Part shown: one piece after another, positions 55,742 through 64,000 of the stretch
Position numbering within the stretch: the first letter of the stretch is position 1
Layout: the number at the start of each line of letters is the position of its first letter
DNA from: Antedon mediterranea
Lineage: Eukaryota; Animalia; Echinodermata
Length of the DNA stretch: 64,000 nt
Direction of reading: 5' to 3'
Assembly (NCBI RefSeq): GCF_964355755.1
Contig: NC_092676.1
Span: forward strand, 6,797,888 to 6,861,887
Notes under the pieces: generated by a model
Seen by the model: only the letters and a program-made list of their open reading frames with translations
Told to the model about the DNA's origin: nothing
Database searches by the model: none
Program-made: the position numbers and the translations under genes

Positions 55742-55860
55742 AATGAGTTGGTGGCCAAGTGGTTAAGACAGTGGAACCGTAATACATTGCCATATTAACA
55801 TCGAAATGCTACCTCTAACTAGACTCAGTGGCCTTATATACCAATCACACTTAAGTGATA
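55742..55860 (+). mobile_element. tRNA-derived SINE head fragment
   Basis: tggccaagtggttaagacagtggaacc (A-box-like). Same family as 20353-20615. Confidence 0.5.
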
Positions 55861-56059
55861 TATTTCCCTTCACTATTAAGTATTTCACTTTACTTATTAA
55901 ATATTTAAGTACTGTATTTCCCTTGACGGTTTTTAAATGTATTTTAAGACATTCCAATTCCGGTTATTTTGATACTCTATGACTCATTCTCCCATTTCCA
56001 GGAGTGATTACAAATAATTTAAAGTTTAAAATCTTCCCAGTACAATTCTGATCTTGTTG

Positions 56060-56660
56060 ACACCACCACACTATAACCATTAGCCCCAGGCTATCCTCAT
56101 AAAAATTGTATTTATTTAAATTATTATTACCGATTATCTAACAGGTTTGTGCTCTATTTGACCTTGAAAATGAACTTTAAAGTTGAAAAATTGATGAACT
56201 TGATTATCTTCCGCAATGCCAATAATGGTTACATTTTTTTTAATTAGCTTATAAATTGTTGAAAACAGCTTAAACCCTATTTGACCATATTTGACCTTGA
56301 TATAAACTTGAAAATAACCTTTGACTGAAATTTGAGAGCATCATCCACATCTATCTTTTATGTCATCCCATATCGGATATCTACATGGTTTCCTGCTATA
56401 CTATAACCATCAGCCAGAGGCTATCCTCATGAGAATAATATTTATTTTAATTACTATTAATACCGATAATTAACACTCTATTTGACCTTATGCCTTTGAA
56501 AATGACCTTCAATGACTATCTTCCGCAATATGTCAATAATGATCCAATAATGGTTACATTTGTTTTAATTAGCTTATAATTCGTTGAAAACCCTATTTTA
56601 CTATATTTGACCTAATTACCTTGAAAATGACATTTAACCTGAACTTTGAGAGTGGCATTA
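56060..56660. repeat. Diverged ~320-bp tandem duplication rich in ttgaccttga
   Basis: ctataaccat.agcc..aggctatcctcat at ~56070 and ~56400. Confidence 0.65.
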
Positions 56661-57376
56661 ACAGAAAATGCCTCCATGATATATAAGCTCACATTGGCCT
56701 CCCTACTATATTATATTATGTATAACAAGCGTTTACATAGTTCATTATGTAAAATGAACATCTAAATGCATTCGTTTCTTTTTTATTAACCAATAGTGCA
56801 TGTTAATCTTCTTTTATGTCTGCGTATGTTTTATTTTAAAACAATATCGTGATTTTCAAACCATCATCAAACATGAGTCTTAATTAAATAATAAACATTA
56901 AAAAGGCTCTCTTCACTAATTTTATTTCTTTAATTGCGTAATAAAAATTGTTGCAACATCGCGGATATTCAAATTAAAATTGTTTAATTATTTGTATATG
57001 GTTAATATCGGATGATTATTAAAATTAAACTATATATTATTAAATAGACAGTAGCAGTCTAAAAAGTAAAAACCGACAAATTCAAAAGCCTAAGTAATTA
57101 ATTGTCATGGATTTTCATGGAGGTTTATATGTTTTCAATTAAAAATTTCAAATAAACGTTTGTTACATTTTTTCACATATAGGCCTAATTTCAATATAAA
57201 AAATACAGTATTTAAAAAGAATCTAATCCTGTCTAATGGAAGTGATCTCAACGTGTTAACAGTTATTATATTCAATTTATTATATTGAATGAAGGTTTTT
57301 AGTCATTGAAAAAATCAGCACTAAATCTATCTCATCATTAAACTAAATAGTAAAATCAAGGCAATGAAATACATAC

Positions 57377-57905
57377 CTGTACTAAGTAGGCCGATTTCTT
57401 TCTGGGCTCGTTCCCCAAGAAGACTTGCAAACTCAGTTAACTCTTTTGGTAAAATGAGTCTCTTCTCCAACTCAAATACCACATCCCAGAGGCTTTTTTG
57501 TGGATCTAGTCGATAATTTGCTGTAACCCTCCGTGTCGCAGCAGGAGATCCAGATTGTTTAACAGCCCGAAAGAGTCGTTCTCGGTCTGGTTTCAACTTA
57601 TTTTCACCAGTACATTTGATATTGTTATCTGTTATATACTGACGTACAAGATGTTCAGCATCTTTTGGGCCGGTTAATCTGGTAATCTCCAACAAAAGGT
57701 TGACATCATTTGGTGTAATAACACCACGGCCACCTTCGCTATCGAGCTTGTTGAATAAATCATGTGCAATGGTTTCTGCATCAGCAAGGTCTCCTAGTTG
57801 CAGATGATCACCTAGGCAAAATCTCAACAATTTGTAGTCTTCGCCTTCATAATGCTTACTAAGTTTGGCTTTCAACCCTCTAAACTTACTCTCAAGGTCT
57901 GACAT
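57377..57905 (-). CDS. First coding exon of the NLR: death-fold, (tandem) DED-like domain
   Basis: FRGLKAKLSKHYEGEDYKLLRFCLGD...DLFNKLDSEG..ITPNDVNLLLEI resembles a DED; a second helical repeat reads SLWDVVFELEKR. Phase-1 donor ACAG|gtatgt is compatible with the downstream exons. Acceptor at 57925. Confidence 0.75.
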
Positions 57906-58519
57906 TATTCAAAACATGTGTTTGTCTGCAAAAACAATTTAATTTGAACATGTCGAATGTAATCAAGATTATATGTATATATGTTTCATGTTGTATTTTT
58001 TATTTTGGTGGTTTATTGTGCGCTACTTATGGCTGTCGTCTAATTGTATTTTACCGTCATGAGTTGGCTACAGAATTAGAGTTAGAATTTTATTAGAGGA
58101 ATATAAATATATATAATACAGACCTAAACTGCTCTTTATATATATAGTTTTAACCTTTAACACACCTCCTACAATGCCCTTTCCTACATTCACAAATTTT
58201 GCACTGAATAAACACACATTATAAAGTTACAAATACAGTACTCACTGTGCCGAGACCACTACCTCGTGGTATTCCGATTTCAATGTTTCTTTTTTGTTGG
58301 ACATTTTATTATCGTATCATCAACCTGTGTTCTTTCACTAAGGATTTTTTTTTCAATAGTGTGATCAACTGTATCGACTAATTGGCAAATATCTAAGAAA
58401 CATTTTTCGATCATTCAGAGATTCAATTCATTCATCAATCAATGATTGTTGGACGATTTTATCTAAATGCTTATTAGTCTATATTTATTAATATTAATTT
58501 AAGCTGAATTGTTTAAATT

Positions 58520-61414
58520 AGATGGTGATGGTACCATCTAGGTCGTGCCCACAGATGGTTCTTGAATACACAGTAATTTCAGCGTAAAAAAACTAGCGAT
58601 TTCAAATGTACGTACTGCAGGACTATAAAACATTGTCGTTTACAGAAATAAATAAATAGACACAATGATTTATGTAGTCAACCAAAATTAGCACCCTGGG
58701 AATTTCTTCCGAAAGAGAAACTTGTCACAAAATGAGTCCAAATTTTTGATTTGGACTCATTTAAACAAACTCAATTTGTGTTTTGTATCTAACATTAGGA
58801 TTGAGTGTTGGGGATGATGATAGGTACAAAAAGAAACCATTTTTAAATATATTCTTTATATTAAATTATTCTGTATATTTCTGTATTATCCACTCAGTAA
58901 CGAAATATTTTTAGGCCTATAAATAATATACGACTAAATAGAGTAAAACATTTCCGATTTAATAATTTGTTAAAACTGTCACTGTCATAGTCGATTGAAA
59001 TAGTAAAGTACATGTAACGACCAGTACGACGTTTATATTTTTTGTAATTATTAATTAATACAAACGTTGAGAAGCAACTGTCAGCAATAAAGTATTATAT
59101 TACTATGTGTTTATAATCTAAAAGAAGACCCACACTCACAGTAATAAAGTTTATTAGTATATTTGTTTATACTAGATGGTTCTCGAATACACAGTAATTC
59201 CATCGAGAAAAACCTGGCGATTTCAAATGTACGTACTGCAGGACTATAATACATTGTCGTTTACAGAAACGAATAAATAGACACGATGATTTATGTAGTC
59301 AAATAAAATTAGCACCCTGGGAATTACTTCCGAAGGAGAAACTTATCACAAAATGAGTCAAATGTTTTAATCTGGACTCATTTAAACAAACCCAATTTGT
59401 GTTTTGTATGTAACATTAGGGTTGAGGGATGGGGGAAGAAGATAGGTACAAAGAGAAAACATTTTTAAATATATTCTTGTTCACTCAGTAACAAAATATT
59501 TTTTAATGTTTTATAGGCCTATAAACAACTTAACACCAATTATCGTAAGAAGAGATAGGAAAATGCGAAGCATCCTCGTATTATACGGGCGGGTATTTTC
59601 AAGATAGACATCCATTAGACAGTGTATACCACGATCGGAAAACACTCCTGGAGCAAATCGTTGAACCTAAATTCGTTTTAATTGTCAATAACTAATTATC
59701 AAACTCAATTTAATTAGTAAACAGGGTTAAATCAGGTGGTTAAAATCAGTACCGAAAGTACGAACCAACTTTATATACCATCGAGTAAACATTCTAGAAA
59801 TAACGCACAATTTACCGAATTTTGCCCTTATGTAAATTTATATATAGATTATATCTAACAGTACCAACACGCACAATAAGAAATTTTCGATTCAAATGGC
59901 GATCAAAAGTGATTGATACCTATTTACAGTATTGTATAGCATTACAATACTATTTATGTTTATTCTCCAAATGCCCATAAATTTACCTACTTGTGTTAAA
60001 CCATGGAGGTATGCAAGCGTGGTTAAACCAAATAATTTGGAATGTTCCATTCATTGCAAATCAATACATTTGTATAATCGTATATTAAATCTATCAAAAT
60101 AGTATTTTTTAAAGAAAATCGGCCTGTCTTCAACATTATGATGGTGTACTCTAGCTGTTCTGTTAGCTATCTATATATAAATTTACGTAAGGGCAAAATT
60201 CGGTAAATCGCGCCTTACTTCTAGAATTTTCACTCAATGGTATATAAAGTTGGTTCGTACTTTCGGTACTGATTTTAATCACCTGATGTAACCCTGTTTA
60301 CTAATTAAATTAAGTTAGATAATTAGTTATTGACAATTAAAACGAATTTAGGTTCAACGATTTGCCCCAAATAGGGGTGTTTTCCGATCGTGGTATACAC
60401 TGTCTAATGGATGTCCATCTTGGAAAAATACCCGCCACAAAAATGCGAGGAGGCTTCGCATTTTCCTATCTCCTCCTACGATAATTGTTTTTAATAGCTG
60501 AAAATCGGTTGAACAGCTAGAGTACACCATCATAATGTTGAAGACAGGCCGATTTTCTTTAAAAAATACTATTTTGATAGATTTAATATACGATTATACA
60601 AATGTATTGATTTGCGATGAATGGAACATCCCAATCTCTCAGTCTGCCAGAGTTTGGTTTAACACAAGTACTGTAGGTAAATTTATGAGCCCTTGGTTTA
60701 ACACATACGGTAGGTAAATATATGGGCCCTTTGAGAATAAACTTGCAATACTTTGACAATACTGTAAATAACTATTTTTGGAACTCATTTGAATCGAAAA
60801 TTAGATAATAATAAACTGTTAGATATATAAACACATTATTATATACAAATACACTTTATACTGACAGTTCCCTCTCAACGTTTGTATTAATTAATAATTA
60901 CCAAAAATATAAACGTCGTAGTGGTGTATCGTGACATGTATTTTAATATTTCAATCGATTATGACAGTGACAGTTTTAACAAAGTATTAAATCGCAAATG
61001 TTTTACTGTATTTAGAGGTATATTATGTATAGGCTTATAAAACATGAACAAAATATTTCGTTACTGAGTGGATAAAGAATATATTTAAAAATTGTTCCTC
61101 TTTGTACCTATCCGCTTTCCCATCCCTCAACCCTAATGTTACATACAAAACACAAATTGGGTTTCTTTAAATGAGTCCAAATCAAAAATTTGGACTCATT
61201 TTGTGAAAAGTTTCTCCTTCGGAAGTAATTCCCAGGGTGCTAATTTTAGTTCACTACATAAATCATCGTGTCTATTTATTCGTTTCTGTAAACGACAATG
61301 TATTATAGTCCTGCGGTACGTACATTTGAAATCGCCAGTTTTGTTACGCTGAAATTACTGTAGGCCTATATTCGAGAACCATCTGTGGGCACGACCTAGA
61401 TGGTACGCGAGCGA
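58520..61414. mobile_element. Inverted cluster of Helentron/Helitron-like non-autonomous elements
   Basis: Terminal hairpin ctagatggtacgcgagcgaagcgagcgtaccatctagtt at ~61396-61434. Copies at ~58520-59150 and ~59173-59520 are reverse complements of ~60840-61410. Confidence 0.6.
59538..60487. mobile_element. Foldback element (arm caattatcgtaggaggagataggaaaatgcg); third arm at 61440-61760
   Basis: ~300-bp inverted arms 59538-59845 and 60170-60487. Confidence 0.75.
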
Positions 61415-61769
61415 AGCGAGCGTACCATCTAGTTAAAAACAATTATCGTAGGAGGAGATAGGAAAATGCGAAGCCTCCTCGCATTTTTGTGGCGGGTATT
61501 TTTCAAGATGGACATCCATTAGACAGTGTATACCACGATCAGAAAACACCCCTATTTGGGGCAAATCGTTGAACCTAAATTCGTTTTAATCGTCAATAAC
61601 TAATTATCTAACTTAATTTAATTAGTAAACAGGGTTACATCAGGTGGTTAAAATCAGTACCGAAAGTACGAACCAACTTTATATACCATCGAGTAAAAAT
61701 TCTAGAAGTAAGGCGCGATTTACCGAATTTTGCCCTCACGTAAATTTATAATATAGATTATCCGCTAAT

Positions 61770-62260
61770 TGATCTATAGTCAATCTTTGTTTCTTATTTT
61801 ATCTTACTTATAGACCCAAAGAAGATGATGGATATGGTTATATTTAGACCTAAACAATTATACGATTCACAAACAATTACACATTACATAGAAGTAGCCA
61901 ATTCTTCTAAAACAGGAAACTTCCAAAATCCACACAAACTTGTTGCTCAAGAAAAATGATTTAAAAAAGTATTTCTCTGTTTGAAACCATCTACCGCTCG
62001 GTACTTTACACATTGGCCAATCAATGTCACTTTGACCCCGTCCCCAACAAAAATCATTCCGTGCACCTAAATCATGTTCAAGACTTACCTTTGAATATAC
62101 AAGCAAATATGACAAGCAAAATTTTAAAGCAATGTAATATTTCTAAATGATAAGATTTCTTTTATTTTATTTTACTTTGTCGACGAATTACGGAACTAGA
62201 GCGTGAAAATTAAGCATAAATAATACTAATACATATTTCGTTTATGACAAAGTTAATCGC
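61770..62260. repeat. Solitary copy of the module amplified at 1-9890
   Basis: ttatagaccc...ggttatatttagac...caattatacgattcac...cgctcggtacttt...gtgcacctaaatcat...cttacctttgaatatacaagc matches ~2545-2880. Confidence 0.85.
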
Positions 62261-64000
62261 TTAAGATTATTTTATTGAAATTAATATAAATAAAATAGTT
62301 AAAACGACATATTTGAACTCATGAAACAGTTACATTTCACTGATCAATCACATACGTCCGTTCTCCCTTTTAGTCTAAGTTTTACTACTAGAACTAGTGA
62401 GCCCTGTTAGAAAATAAAAGGAAGAAAAATTATAATAATAGAAAACCCGACTGCTTCTGGTATACTAACCTTCTCACGCAAGGTACCTTATAATAGGTCT
62501 GTAAATCCTGTGATGTGCTGTAATACAATTGATCTAGAACTTGCATGCTTACTTTTCAATATGAACAACAATGGAATGAAACGCTTGAGGTACAAATCAA
62601 ATACCAGGCTTACTGTTATAGGTCCATGGTTATAGTAAAATCAACGATCACTGATTCACAACATTGAACGACTATTATTCAGATACAGACATACTTTTAT
62701 TATGAAACAGAATAAAAGTAACATATCTTACTAAAATTGCGATAATCATCAGTATTAAACATTTTCTTTTTTTTAAGCAGACCAGCATTAGCAGACATCA
62801 CCTTTACCTTTACGAAAAACGAATATGCGTCATCAAGTAAAATATCTTTGTTTAATGTTATCTCTTCGGAATTGCAACTTTGTCAATATATTATGCGAAA
62901 GATGAGGACAAGTTTAGTTTTTTATAATAATTATAGCGCGTGTACAAATATTTATCGTAAGAAACTTATGGTAACATTGCTATTGCTATCAAATCTGACG
63001 TTTAAAATACTACAAATTCAACAAATGCGTAGAGAATAAATATATAATTGTATAGGCCTGTATATAAAATGTATACACTTATACACCAGTAGCTCACTTT
63101 AAAGAACTCATGCGACATATTAAAATATGCTCAGACCATTTCTTACTTCGTATAAGCCACTAACGCGTTTAGTGTGAGGACGAATATTACAATCAAACAA
63201 TGATGATAATAATAATTAGCTTGTAGGGTTTATTAGGTATTATTCTGTCGAAATTATTAAAGCAGTGCTTTCTCTAATAAAATGAATATTCACCAATATA
63301 ACGTTGATGATGTGTTAGGATGCGGTTGACAAAACAAATGACGTAGTATAGGGTCGTGTGCAAATTGTTTAGTACCGTATGTCAATTGATGCATGCAGCC
63401 TTTTTTTAGGGCTAGGATCTTCATGGACAAACTGTGTAACTAAACATTTTGAATATTGAGTCTGATCTTGAGTCTCACTTTTTTTTCCACATAAAGTAGT
63501 TACTTAACTTACTGTTACACATTACATAAATCATTTGTTAATGAATATAGTTTTTCTTTTTTTTCGTTTCACCTTAAAGCAATACGTGCAATTAATTTTT
63601 ATTTTAGTAAATAGTTTTACGTTAGTATGTACTTCCTCGAACCCTTAAAATACCAGAATGGTGTCCGGCGGGGTTTAGTTTTTTACCAACCCCGAAACCG
63701 GGATGGACCGGTGTTTCACCATGTAGTTTAAGTTCTATTTATTTGTTGTTATCCGAAATCGTTCAATTCATTTCAATTTAAATGTTTGTTATATATTTAC
63801 AAATGACAATAAATTTACTTACTTAATAATGTATGGTACAAAAAATTATAAATTAAATCAGTTAATTTAATTTAAAATATTATAGATTGATTTTATCTAA
63901 TTTCATTAAAAAAAGAATTACATTTCAGGATGTTAGAAGCCACTAATTTATCAGACAAATTTCAAAAAACAGTTTAGCAGAATCTCGGCCACTAACCTCT

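Noticed and set aside
55742-55830. Possible tRNA gene
   Set aside because: Only an A-box-like head; no B-box or cloverleaf, and it matches a SINE family.

Overview
AT-rich metazoan (invertebrate, possibly echinoderm-like; inferred) genomic DNA with spliceosomal genes and many non-autonomous transposons. The main feature is a giant minus-strand NLR gene: a DED-like exon (57377-57905), a 45-nt linker exon (52102-52146) and a single 11.1-kb exon (40657-51770). That exon encodes NACHT/WHD plus about 55 tandem 57-aa (171-bp) RI-type LRR pairs. The array is organised as near-identical higher-order repeats, has a hypervariable di-residue in each unit, and trails off into a frameshifted, decaying LRR tail. 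Also present are a frameshifted two-exon Rab39-like gene (probable pseudogene) and an orphan multi-exon plus-strand gene built from duplicated exons and coding minisatellites. A 10-kb tandem patchwork at the left end has a conserved core that looks like a minus-strand exon encoding a hydrophobic, signal-peptide-like stretch; one more copy lies upstream of the NLR. Mobile DNA includes Academ-, MULE-, hAT-, Kolobok-, Helentron- and SINE-like elements. All exon models were built by eye from GT-AG sites and phase compatibility.
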